Of a stretch of DNA of 64,000 nt, positions 40,042 to 52,019 are shown piece after piece. Under the pieces are notes generated by a model that worked only from the letters and a program-made list of their open reading frames with translations, ran no database searches and was not told the DNA's origin. The position numbers and the translations under genes were made by a program. The DNA is taken from the NCBI GenBank assembly GCA_964016885.1, contig OZ024742.1, positions 159,898,001 to 159,962,000 of the forward strand, written 5' to 3'. Every line of letters starts with the position of its first letter. Position 1 is the stretch's first letter. The DNA is from Eledone cirrhosa (lineage: Eukaryota).

Positions 40042-40789
40042 TCAGTCCTATTTTTTTCTCCCAGTGGAAAGATAAAATAAACCTGTTATATAATAACTTT
40101 GTTTACTTTTCATATCACAATAAAATTGTATTTCTATTAACTCTTAACATCCTGTACCACATACGACCACAATAGCAATATATTCTTTGGAAAATACAAA
40201 TTATTACTATAGCTGCAGTATATTAATATCTAAAATATTTACTCTAATACTGCAAATTTTCACAATGTTCACTAATTTCAATATACTAACTATATGAAAC
40301 GACATTAGCAATACATTCTTGATAAGTTCAAAACAGCATTTTTATGACTGTATCACATTAAAAGTCTTTACTGCAAATGTTCAAAACAATCTGTCAGCTA
40401 TTAAAGCTACTACAAACATTTGAGTCAACAGACCTGTTTTTTAGGCATTTTCTTCCAAGTCATTACAGAATATTAAGAATTAAAAGGTTTGTCTTTTTTG
40501 TTTATTTTTACAATTCAGTTCTCAATCTAATCCAATTTCAATATTTCTTACTCTTTTACTCTATGTTTGTGACCATGCCAGAGCATTTTTGTTTTTTATA
40601 TTGAAATAAATACAAGTATGATTTTTTTTTTTCGTAAACAAATTTTTGAAATTGTGAATTGAACCTAGAGAATCTAAATTAAAAGGAAAATAAAAAACAA
40701 GAAAAATTAAAAAAAAATTTAAGCATCTGTTGATTCAGATTTTATTCTTTTGAGGACTCAGTTCAGTTGTATCCATTTACAATTGAGGA

Positions 40790-40828
<39 letters not shown>

Positions 40829-41399
40829 ATCAAAACTGAATCTAAATACAAACCTTGAAACTCACACACATGCATACACACACACATTCGAACTTGCACA
40901 CACATATACAAACACACATGCACACACTTACACATACACACACAATATACAAAATCGAAACTGAACTGAAATTCCAACCTTGAAACACATGCATGGACTC
41001 ACATTAAAAACACACACACACACACACACACAAATGCACATACACACTTGCAAACACCCCACCCCCCCACACACACACACATTCAATGCAAGTTCAATGG
41101 AGACAATGTGATTATCATGCATTTAGCATATAAGTTTCTAGTTCTGAGTCATGTATGGTACAACCAGAGGCAGTTTCAAGCAGTTTGGAATCAAAAGGGT
41201 AAACCCAAACTAACATGGTTGCCATCATAACAGGTACTGATTAATACAGATTCTTGCTCCACTTTGATGACATTCTAAAGGCTGTAGGGTAGGATTCACA
41301 CATATTATACGTTGATTTTAAAAAGGCTTTTAACAGAACCACTAACAGCACTCTATTGAATAAAAAATATTCAACATTAGAGTCATTAAAGCTACTACA

Positions 41400-42290
41400 G
41401 TGAATTAGTGTTTCCTGGTAAACAGAAAGAAACATGCTGTGATTGATGGAGTGCCCTAAAACAATATGCTAAATGACAATATGCATACTTAAGCTAATCC
41501 ACTGTGAAAAAGTGGATGCACTTAACCATAGTCTCTTCTTTCGAGAGAACTCTTCATAGCATCATATATCATCAGAGACTTTGGTGTAACTATTGACAAC
41601 AATGTATATTGGAGCACTCACATCAACAAAAAAGTTGACATGTCCCAGAGAATGTGTTCCAAGATCCTTAAAGCTTTCTGGTCTAGAGATTCTGGTGTCA
41701 TTATCCTTTTCTTCTCTACCTTTGCTTGGTGTAACCACGAATACTGTTGCCTGCTGTAGTCTCCCCATATGAAATAAAGTTTTACATATATGGGTTGTCA
41801 CACTTTGAAGCTAAACAGTCAGGTCAGATAAATGTGTTTTGCTCATATGTTTGATGTTGAATAGTTTCTATGGCTGGATGTCCTTAATGCCAATCATTTT
41901 GTGCTGTGAACCAGATTTGTTTGCTCATAGTACCATCACTACTGACATATCAATTACAATAAATGAATAATTGGAACAACTTGAAAAACTCAAACACTAT
42001 TATCTCTAATGCCTCCACAAGAGCAACATCATTTTATAACAACATAGGAAATATTACATAATATTGCCCAAATGATGCATCAAATTTAAAATTCACCCAA
42101 GGCTCTCTTACAATACAACCTCTACATAAATTAAGGTCACATCATACAACAATACTATGACAGAACCATTTCATCTCAACAGGTGCTGCTCTATTTAACA
42201 TCATACTGTAAATAAATTAAGAAAGAAATAGATCCTAGGACTTTCAAATGGTTCACATTTCTTCAAGAAGTATCAGATAAAACAACAATA
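41400..42290 (+). pseudogene. Highly decayed CR1/L2-type LINE 3' fragment
   Basis: Remnant reading YWS.HINKKVD..QRMCSKILKAFWSRD...EYCC...SP. Confidence 0.45.
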
Positions 42291-42544
42291 CTCAGATCCA
42301 GCCGATGTTTAACATACAAAAACAATATAGGCTTTAGCCTATTATTGTTTCAGTAACTATTGAATAAATGTCACTGATGACAGATAAACATCCAGCTGTA
42401 GAAACCAAACCAAAATTAGTTATGTAGGAGAAAGACATGATCACCTGACCTGACATTTCTCACAATAGGACAACTCGTCTAACCCATGCTAGTGAGGAAA
42501 AATGGACGTAAAATGGTGATGATGATGATGATGATGATTCATTT

Positions 42545-43082
42545 ATTAAGCTGAAGAAAGCGAAGAAGCTTGACTGGCCTGTTAACAACAAAAGGTTTCT
42601 CCCTATGTACAAAAGGATGACTGTATGACACCTGTGTGCAAAGTGTGATGCTGCATGGTAGTGAAACATGGGCTGTGACTGCAGAGGACATGTGTAGGCT
42701 GAAGGGAAATGAAGCAACTATGCTTCGTTGGATGTGCAAAGTAAATGTGAGAGAAAGGCAGAGCTTGGATGAACTGAGAGGGAAACTGAGTTTAAGAGGA
42801 ATCCAAAGTAGTGTGCAAGAGAGAAGACGGTATTGGTATGTACATACGATGCACATGGATGATGATTGCTGGGTGATGAAGTACCAGGAAATTCCAGTGG
42901 AAGGAAGCTCAAGTAGAGGTAGACTAAGAAAGACCTGACCTGAGCAGAAGTGGTGAGAGCTGATCTCAAATCGCTGAAATTCATAGAGGAGATGATGAAG
43001 GAGTGGAGAGATGCTTTGCACTAAAAAGGACCTGTCCAACCCATGCATGTGTGGAAAAATGAGTGTAAAAACGATGATGATA
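42545..43082 (+). pseudogene. RTE LINE 3' fragment
   Basis: MLHGSETW...MLRWMC...RGRLRKT with a (GAT)n tail. Confidence 0.85.
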
Positions 43083-43265
43083 TATTCACGCATATCCCCC
43101 CCCATATATATATATATATATTTTTTGAGTATATGTTGGTTGTATACCAACACCTCAGTATGCAGATTGGAGCACTCGACGAAGTGCGCAGGTTGGTTTG
43201 GTTAGTCCGGAGTAATGTAAAATAAAATAAATAAGTCAAATGTTTAAAATTTGGCTTCGTTTATT

Positions 43266-43320
43266 ACTGCTATATATATTTCGGTGACAGCCATCTTTGG
43301 CTGTGACCTCGTCAGGCAGT
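43266..43320 (-). ncRNA. Type I hammerhead ribozyme with fully canonical core
   Basis: ACTGC-CTGACGA-GGTcACAGCC aaagat GGCTGTcACC-GAAA-TATATA-TA-GCAGT. Confidence 0.85.
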
Positions 43321-44389
43321 CCGAATTAGTGTGGTAGAGACGAGTACACATGTTGTTGAGGTGCTTAACTTTGTCAATACTCTGATATGCCCAGTTCCTG
43401 GTTGGGTTGTTATTTCACTGAGGAACTGGAATCATATGAATTTAAACAAACGAATTTCAGCCTCAAAGGACATCCTCTCCTCCCATTGGTCAGTTGTGAG
43501 AACATTCCTCAGTCAAAAGTCTATAGAAATTCGTTCTGAGGCGAGGCAATCTGTAGTGGTTGTTCTTGTTATTGTTAAGTACATCTGACCTCTACTCTCA
43601 TGTTGGTAGTGGTGTTGGTGTTGGAGTCAGCTAAACAAAAATGATAAAGTGGTAGAAGGAATAAGATGTTTTCTTCACTTTATTGCATGACACAACCCCC
43701 CCCCCCCCACACACACACACACCACCACCACCACCACGAGAAATGGTGGCAGGATGGATGAAGAAACACACACAGATACTTCTAAATGTCAGCAGCAGCA
43801 AGACCTAGGCTGACCACAGCACCAACACCACTACCAAAATAAGGGTAGAAGTCAGATGTACTTAACAATAGCAAAAACAAACACTACAGGTAGCCTCACC
43901 CCAGAAGGAATTTCTATAGACTTTTGACTGAGGAATGCTCTCACAACTGACCAATGGGAGGAGTGACCTTACAAATCTTTCTAACATTGAGATTGGGTAT
44001 AACACACACATTTTATTTGATTATATTATTTTATTTTGTTCCTTTACCATCTTATTCCTTCTACCACTTTATCATTTTTGTTTAGCTGACTCCAACACCA
44101 CTACCAACATAAGAGTAGAGGTCAGATGTACTTAACAATAACAAGAACAACCACTACAGATTGCCTCGCCTCAGAACGAATTTCTATAGACTTTTGACTG
44201 AGGAATGTTCTCACAACTGACCAATGGGAGGAGAAGATGTCCTTTGAGGCTGAAATTCGTTTGTTTAAATTCATATGATTCCAGTTCCTCAGTGAAATAA
44301 CAACCCAACCAGGAACTGGGCATATCAGAGTATTGACAAAGTTAAGCACCTCAACAACATGTGTACTCGTCTCTACCACACTAATTCGG

Positions 44390-44444
44390 ACTGCCTGACG
44401 AGGTCACAGCCAAAGATGGCTGTCACCAAAATATATATAGCAGT
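44390..44444 (+). ncRNA. Hammerhead copy with a G12-to-A substitution
   Basis: Identical to 43266-43320 except that GAAA reads AAAA. Confidence 0.75.
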
Positions 44445-44485
44445 AATAAACGAAGCCAAATTTTAAACATTTGACTTATTTATTT

Positions 44486-44550
<65 letters not shown>

Positions 44551-44559
44551 CATATACAG

Positions 44560-45718
44560 CGGTTGGCTGAAAGGTTCATAGGCTGACCAAGATATTCTCA
44601 TGGAATGTAACCAAATGAGGTTTCATTTTTAACATAGTCCCCTTTGCAGTCCACACACTTCTTCCATCAGTGTTGCTGTGCTTGGATCCCATTTGTGAAG
44701 AAACTTTCATCCTATTGGTCAAAATAGTAGATATGATGTCATTATCACTGCGATGCAGATTCCCAGCCAAGTATTTTTTCATGTTGGAGAACAGATGATA
44801 GTCAGATGGGGTCAAATCAGGAGAATAGGGACTGTAATCAACCAGTTCAAAGCCACAATTATGCACAGCACCCATTGAAACTTGGGTGCTGGAGCATTGT
44901 CCTGATGAAACAAGACTCCTTTCGTCAGTTTTCCTGGGCATTTGGTCTTGATAGCCTTTCATAACTGCCTCAGCAAGTTGGTATAGCCCTCTCCATAGAT
45001 AGTGTGGCCCTTTTGAAGATAGTCAATAAACACAATGCCTTTTTCATCCCCAAATACTGAGGCTATCAACTTCCCTGCAGATGAAACAACATTGGCCTTC
45101 TTTGGAGCAGGTGAGGAGGCGGTGTTTCCACTGCATGGATTGTCTCTTTGTCTCTGGCTTGGGGATTAACTGAAGACTGATCATGGGTTAGTAAACATTC
45201 AAGGAAACCAGCTGGATCTGCCTCAAACAATGTCAGATTTTCCCATGATGTGATCAGCCAGGTGCGCTTTTGATCAGATATCAGAAAACTTTGTCATGCC
45301 AAGTTCATTGTGCAGAATATTCACAGAATAGCATTGGCTATTTGATTTATTGTCAATCACCTGTTTTCCTCAGTAGTGGCAGTTGCAGGATGTCCAGAAC
45401 TTCTCTTCTCCTCCTAAATTCAGCTGCCCACTTTTGCACTGTTGATAATGCTGGAGCATAATTCCTTAATGTAGCAACTATGTCAGCATAAATTTCCTTG
45501 GGGTTAAATCCTTTTTATGCAGATACTTGATAACACAATGATGTTAAATTTTGTCCATTTTTTTAGAGAAGTCGTGACTTGTTACTTTCGAAGTCGTTTT
45601 TGAAAAGTCAGATATCAGTTTACCTGGAAAAAACCAAGCTTGAAATTTATGTAAGCAAGATTTCACAGCTCAAGCATCACTCCTTCATAGTCAACCTATG
45701 AATTTTTCAGCCCACCCA
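44560..45718 (-). mobile_element. Decayed mariner transposon
   Basis: TIRs GGTTGGCTGAAAGGTTCATAGGCTGAC / GTCAACCTATGAATTTTTCAGCCCACC; transposase motif YSPDLTPSDYHLF in ORF 44576-44962. Confidence 0.85.
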
Positions 45719-45721
45719 CAA

Positions 45722-47010
45722 GGTCATGAAAGGAACAGAAAGAGTTATAACACAGGTTAACCTAGATGAGATGCAGTTTGAATTTGAGCCAGGTAAAAGC
45801 ACCACAGATGCTCTCTTCCTTCTGAAGCAGCTACAGAAGTACCTAGCTAAAAGTAAGCTACTCTACTTGGCATTTGTTGATCTAGAGAAAGCTTTTGTCA
45901 GAGTTCCCCATGCCATAACTGGTGGGCTCTTAGAAATTAGGAATAGAAGAGTGGCTTGTGAAGGCTGTACAAGCCATGCATAGAGGAGTAGTCAGCAAAG
46001 TTAGGATTAACAACGACTATAGCGAGGAATTTAGTGTGCAGGTTCGCATCAGCCAGGGTTCTATTCTTAGCTCTTTCCTATTTATTATCATTCTGCAGGC
46101 TATAAAAAGCGGAATTTAAGCCCGGCTGCCCATGGGAATTCCTGTATGCAGATGATCTTACACTCATAGCTGAATCTATAACAGAATTAGAGAAGAAATT
46201 CAAAACCTGAAAGCATGGCTTAGAAACAAAGGGTCTTAAAGTAAACGTGACAAAGAGAAGGGAAAACAGAGCCATGATCATCTCAGGGAAATGGCCTTGC
46301 TCAGTGTGTAGGAAAGATGTAGGTAGAAATTCCATCCACTGTCCCAAATGCAAACTATGGATACACAAAAGATGTAGTGGGATATCCGGAAGTTTAGCTA
46401 AGAATGTAGGTTTTACATGTAGCCATTGCACCAGAGAAGTAACTAGCAAACAACCACAGGAAACAAGCATTATCAAATTCTGCTACCTAAGTGATCAAAT
46501 TAGCAGTGGCGGTTAGTGTTCTGAAAGTACAGTAGCCAGAGTGAGGACAGGATGGAAGGAGTTCAGGGAGCTACTACCACTGCTAGCTACAAAAGGCTTT
46601 TCCCTCAAAATGAAAGGCAGATTGTATGATGCATGTATACGAGCAGAATTGTTGCATAGTAGTGATACCTGGGCGCTGTGTGCAGAGGAGTTATGAAGAT
46701 TGGAAAGAAATGAAGCTTGCATGCTTCGATGGATGTGTAATAGTAATATACATGAATGGCAAAGCATAAACGAACTGAGAGAGAAACTAAGCATAAGAGG
46801 AATCAGATGCTGTGTACAGGAGAGGAGATTGCATTGGTATGGACATGTGATGCATATGAAGGATGACAGCTATATAAAAAGTTGCTGAAAGCTCAAAGCT
46901 GAAGGAAGTTATGGAGTAGGAAAACCCAGGAAGACCTGGGATGAGGTGATAAAAGCTGACCTTGCACAATTGCACCTCTCAAAGGCGATGACAAAGGCGA
47001 TGACAAAGGC
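45722..47010 (+). pseudogene. Decayed RTE LINE (RT with Cys-rich insert)
   Basis: MQF.F.PGKSTTDA, AFVDLEKAF, LYADDL, WPCSVCRK..HCPKCKLWIHKRC, MLRWMC, RLHWYGH. Confidence 0.85.
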
Positions 47011-48309
47011 GTTCTCCCCCTCCCATGAGCACAGACTGAAGAATACATCTGGTATACACCACCTTCACTTTTATCCTCACCTTCCATACACCTCCCACAT
47101 CCTAAGACTGTGCCCCTTACACACATCCATATACCCATCTCCCTAATCCCTACACACACTTTCCTCCAAAGCTCCCAGCCCACACTGTAAAGTAGTTTTG
47201 TAAGTGTCATGACAAAAAGCATTTAGTACTCACTGTAAATATGGTTGATCTTAGGAAGGGCATCCACAGAGCCCAAATCAATTCTGTATAAAAAAAACAT
47301 GGTCATCTGCCCTGACTTGCCTCAAATAGGACAATCCGTCTAATCCATGCTAGTGTGGAAAATGGACGTTAAATGGTGATGATTATATATATGTGTGTGT
47401 GTGCATTGAAGATAACAGTTGCATAATAAAATGCAGAGGAACCCCAGTGGCTGGAACCTATAGTCGACATTGGTGGAGGTTTTAAAGCGTTAAAAAATTA
47501 AACCTCAAGCGAAATGACTAAGGACTGCGAGTGCTGGTACTATGCAATATACAATGTGGCATGATCTAGCCCTGCATCCCTACTCCACTACAACTCACTA
47601 ACAGCTATTCTCAACACCACTACATTTTCCTCGTCCTCTCCTACACACATTCCCAGCCACTTCCCCCTTGCAAAGTGGTTGGAGATGGGAAGGGCATCCA
47701 GCCATGGAGGGCTTGCCAAACAAAGGGGTGGAAGAACCATTCAGTCGTGTCAAGGACATGACAGGCTTTCTAGTATTTGGTGAATTACATGATAAACGCA
47801 CACAGTACACACTGTAAAGTGGTTGGTGATAGAAAGGGCATCCAGCTGTAGGACATGACCACCACTCCTGTGCACTCTGTAGAACATGAGACTGTACATA
47901 AGCTAAAAGATCCCTGGCTTGTCTGGGAGATCAGTCGCTAAGCTACAGTACTGACTTGGTCTATAAACACGTCCAATCCATGCTAGCAGGGAAAGCGAAC
48001 ATTTAAACGGCGATGATGATATATATATTCACGCACACGCACACACACATATATACAAATAATGAATCAAAACATATCAAATATGTTTAGTATTTTGTGT
48101 TTCTCAATAAGCAAGCACAATAGACATTATCTAGAGCCATAGGTATGAAATAGCGCTATAATGTTTCTCTTATGATTCCACCCTTGTACATATTCTTCTA
48201 TAGAATATATATTTTGTATATATACAACTGTGTTTCTTATACAATATATGGCTCTTTCTCTCTATATATACATATATCTTTTTCGTTTGGTTATTATGGC
48301 TCTAGATAA

Positions 48310-48836
48310 AGTTTTACGGCAGTGAAACGTGGACTATTGACATAGTGCTATGCAAGAGACTTGACGGATGTTACACGAGGATGCTTAGAATGGCTCTCAA
48401 CATTTCTTGGAAACAGAAGCTGACAAATAAAGAACTATACAGATTACTACCACCAGTCTCAAAAAGAGTTGCCTGCCGACAAATGAAACTGGCTGGGCAC
48501 CGTATCCCTCATCCAGAAGAGACAGCATCTCAACTTGTGCTCTGGAAACTGGTGGTCGGACGAAGAAGCATGGGAAGACAGGCCATCTCATTCATTGATA
48601 CCCTGCTGAGAGATGCCAACATTGATAATATCGACGAACTGAGAAATGTCATGCTCGACTGGGACGATTGGAGAAAGCGTGCTGAATCTTTGTGAGTGTA
48701 AACTCGGCTGAAGAAGAAGAAGAAGAAGAAGGAGGAGGAGGAGAAGGAGAAGGAGAAGAAGAAGAAGAAGAAGAAGAAGAAGAAGAAGAAGAAGAAGAAG
48801 AAGGAGGAGGAGGAGAAGGAGAAGGAGAAGAAGAAG

Positions 48837-48866
<30 letters not shown>
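48310..48866 (+). pseudogene. RTE/RTEX-like LINE 3' fragment with a (GAA)n/(GGA)n tail
   Basis: YGSETWT, LDGCYTRMLRMALNISW, KLAGH, RRSMGR; it is inserted in one arm of an older inverted repeat (48052-48142 vs 48294-48308 plus 48866-48938). Confidence 0.8.
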
Positions 48867-48867
<1 letters not shown>

Positions 48868-49740
48868 CTATTGAGTTTGCTTATTGAGAAACGCAAAATT
48901 CTAAACGTATTTGATATGTTTTGATTCATTATTTGTATTTAACGGCTTCAAATATCCTATGTTGGTGGCTATAATCCCCACTCCTATTTCTAGCGGAGTT
49001 AACGTCCACCTTGTTGATATCTATTTACCTTGGGTTTAACGTGATTTCACCATGTGCTTCTCAGCATAACGGTTCCATTTGACATAGCTATGGATATTGG
49101 CAAGTATATTATCTTATTTACCATCTTCATTCTATACAGTATTTCCATTAGAATGGTGAAACCAAACCTCTGAAATGTATCTGAGTTTCATGTGGTTTAA
49201 TCATAATCGATAGTTTGTCTTCGATGATCGATTATATTGATTGATTTTTCAATGATCGATTACATAGATTGATTTTGAGCTACACTCTCCAGTTATCAAA
49301 TAGAGCTATAATGTTTCTCTTATGGTTCCACTTTGTACATATTCTTCTCTAGAATATCATCATCATCGTTTAACGTCTATCTTCCATGCTAGCATGGGTA
49401 GTTGGTATATATATACAATCAGTAGCAGACTGGCTAGGTTGCCAGCTTGCCCGATGGTATGTAGGCCCCAGGAGGGCCTACGGTAGTATTTCAATGGCCC
49501 ATTGTAATATTTCAGGATGAATGCTTTGCTTCAAAAAAATATCTGAAGTCTTAGGGAAAGAATAAAAATTTAAGAAAAACATATAAAACAATTAAGCTAA
49601 GCATTTGGTCCAACAATTCTCTAGGGAATTAATAGAAACCAAAATAGTTTGAATCAGTGGTTGTACAAAATTTATAGCGTACTGTATTATTGATTCCTGC
49701 ATGCATACATACACACATATGTGCATGTATATATATATGT

Positions 49741-49804
<64 letters not shown>

Positions 49805-49846
49805 ATACTTTGGGAGGATCATGTTGCCAATAAGAATTCAGAAGCG

Positions 49847-49909
<63 letters not shown>

Positions 49910-49914
<5 letters not shown>

Positions 49915-50105
49915 GTAGAATGCTGGTGGGTTATATCCATGGGACAAGTTTGGTAGAATTAGTTCCACAACAGTTAATAAATCATTTCCGAAAACAATTT
50001 GTTTCACTTCAAACGGATCATCAGCTCGGTCCAAGCTGATGATCCATTTGAGGTGAAATAAATTGCTCTCAAAAGTGGGGAATCAACTGTTGTGGAACTA
50101 CTTCT
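49910..50105. ncRNA. Small fold-back with two opposed hammerhead motifs
   Basis: Minus 49988-50029: CCGAG-CTGATGA-tccgtttgaagt-GAAA-CAAATTG-TT-TTCGG. Plus 50034-50070: AG-CTGATGA-tCCatttgaGGt-GAAA-TAAATTGCT-CT. Confidence 0.6.
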
Positions 50106-51259
50106 CTCTCTCTATATATATATGTGTATAAGTTTATATATACAGGCACACACACACAAGAAGACTGTCTCCTGTTCGTATTCCCAGGGGGGTTGCCCCA
50201 AACACTACAAGCAAGACACACATATATATGTATATAGATACAAACATATACATATATATGTTTACACATACACACACATTTCAGGATTCATTCATTTATT
50301 CTAAGGAACTGGAAGATATGCTGAGAGGACTAACAACATACCCAGGAGCTGGGCATATCAATGAACTAACAAGGTAAAATCCATTGCAACATCATGTTTT
50401 CCTATTTTTTCAGTTTAAATTCTTACTGCCTGATGAGTTTGTAGCACTCTCTAGACAAAGGGATGTAGCTAGAGTTACTTCCCGTAGAATTTCTAGAATA
50501 CCCCTTGAACTTCCGTTCCAGAGATTATAAAAGAAAGAGCAAAGGACAATCTATCTCTCTTTACCAGTCGGCTCTAGAACTGACCACACCAAGCACAGAG
50601 ATGTTAGCTTTTTCTAATCCTATCTTATACCTCAGGATTACACCACATCATGGCACGAGGTACGTTTTACTACCAAAATTGTAACAAGCTACTTCAATAA
50701 ATACAAGTCGTTCTTGATACTCGTTTCTGAAATATTCGTCATGTTTCAATTACTACATCGTCATCTCTTTTACATCTTCTAAACAAATTAAATTAGTGGT
50801 TGGCATGTAGTGGTATTTACTGGAGTAGATAACCCTATGGCCAATTCACTAAAATTGGTGACCTGACATGATGTGAAAAAATTTGACGCAACAGTGAGCA
50901 TGAATGCAGGCATTCAAATACAGAGAAGAAAAAAAAAAAAGGCAACAACACAAAAAAAAAAAAATTGTTCTCAACTCTAGAAAGTTCGTTTTTTTTTCAG
51001 TCAATTCGTGTGGGGCGAACAAAGTAGAAAAATTGAAGAGGCAAGTCGCCATGTTAACAGCGTGATAATTCACTAAAAAAATTGTCCCTTGTGTCGGTTT
51101 TGGTTCAACCAAGCTTTCGTTTTTTTGAAGTCGCCATCTTACTTGCTCGGTGCTATATTTTTTTTACTTAAGTTATTCATGGTACTACCACGTGTGCGGA
51201 GGTTGAAAAGAAAAAAAAAAGAAACGACGAAGAAATTCTCGCTCAGCGTCTACGGTGTT

Positions 51260-51980
51260 AATCATGAGCAATTCTTCGTTACCGGCATTTTCTGGTGATC
51301 CCAAATTGTGGTTTGCTCAACTGGACTCGTATTTTGCTGCCCATGGCGTTCAAGCGGCACAACAGATTACACGTGCTTATCAGTGGAATTCCTGCTTCGC
51401 TGGCAACCTCAGTTAAAGACATAATTACAGATCCTCCACAAGGCACATCTTACGAAACCCTAAAGGCAAAAGTGCTCAGACGGAAGAGGAAAACCTGGGT
51501 GACAGTACTCCATCCCAATTTTTACGGCGTATCTGGGAACTGAGCGACTTAACAGCAGAAGACAATTCTTTCGTAAAACAGCTATTCTTCTCCCGTTTGC
51601 CAACAAATGTGCAGACCATATTGGCGAATATAGTCGACACCAGTTCTTTGGAACAGATTGCGGCGGACCGCATTATGGAATTTTCTCGAGAGCCTACTTC
51701 GGCAGATTCAGTCGTCGCTTCTTCTGCTTTTAAAACCCAGCCTGCTTCACCTTGTGAGGATTCAATGTTGAGAGCCATTGACGCGTTAACTTGTCAAGTA
51801 GCTAAATTGTGTCGGGAGCGAACGCCATCTAGGTGGCGTTCACGAAATCGGTCTCCTTCTCTTCATCGTCGCGCCAACTTCCCCGCCAACAACTCGTCTT
51901 TGTGTTGGTATCACGTGCGTTTTCGTGAAAAGGCGAAACATTGTATTCAGCCCTGCTCTTTCGAAGCCTCGGAAAATTAA
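51260..51980 (+). pseudogene. Gypsy gag (disrupted)
   Basis: PQLWFAQL, DIITDPP..SYETLK, ADRIME, CWYH.RF..KA..C..PC. Confidence 0.8.
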
Positions 51981-52019
51981 AATTGGAGAGCCTGGGCACG
52001 GCAGACCTCTCCCTCAGTA

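Larger units (their letters stand above)
43125..44492 (-). mobile_element. Non-coding fold-back element with ~445 bp inverted arms, each with a hammerhead
   Basis: 43218-43668 is the near-identical reverse complement of 44048-44492; a diverged third partial copy lies at 43805-43965; the right end is in (TA)n. Confidence 0.88.

Noticed and set aside
43331-44379. Two near-identical 85 aa ORFs on opposite strands
   Set aside because: They are a by-product of the inverted arms and show no recognisable domain.
48140-48165. GAAA-TAGCGCTA-TA, resembling a hammerhead 3' half
   Set aside because: No CTGANGA segment is visible upstream.
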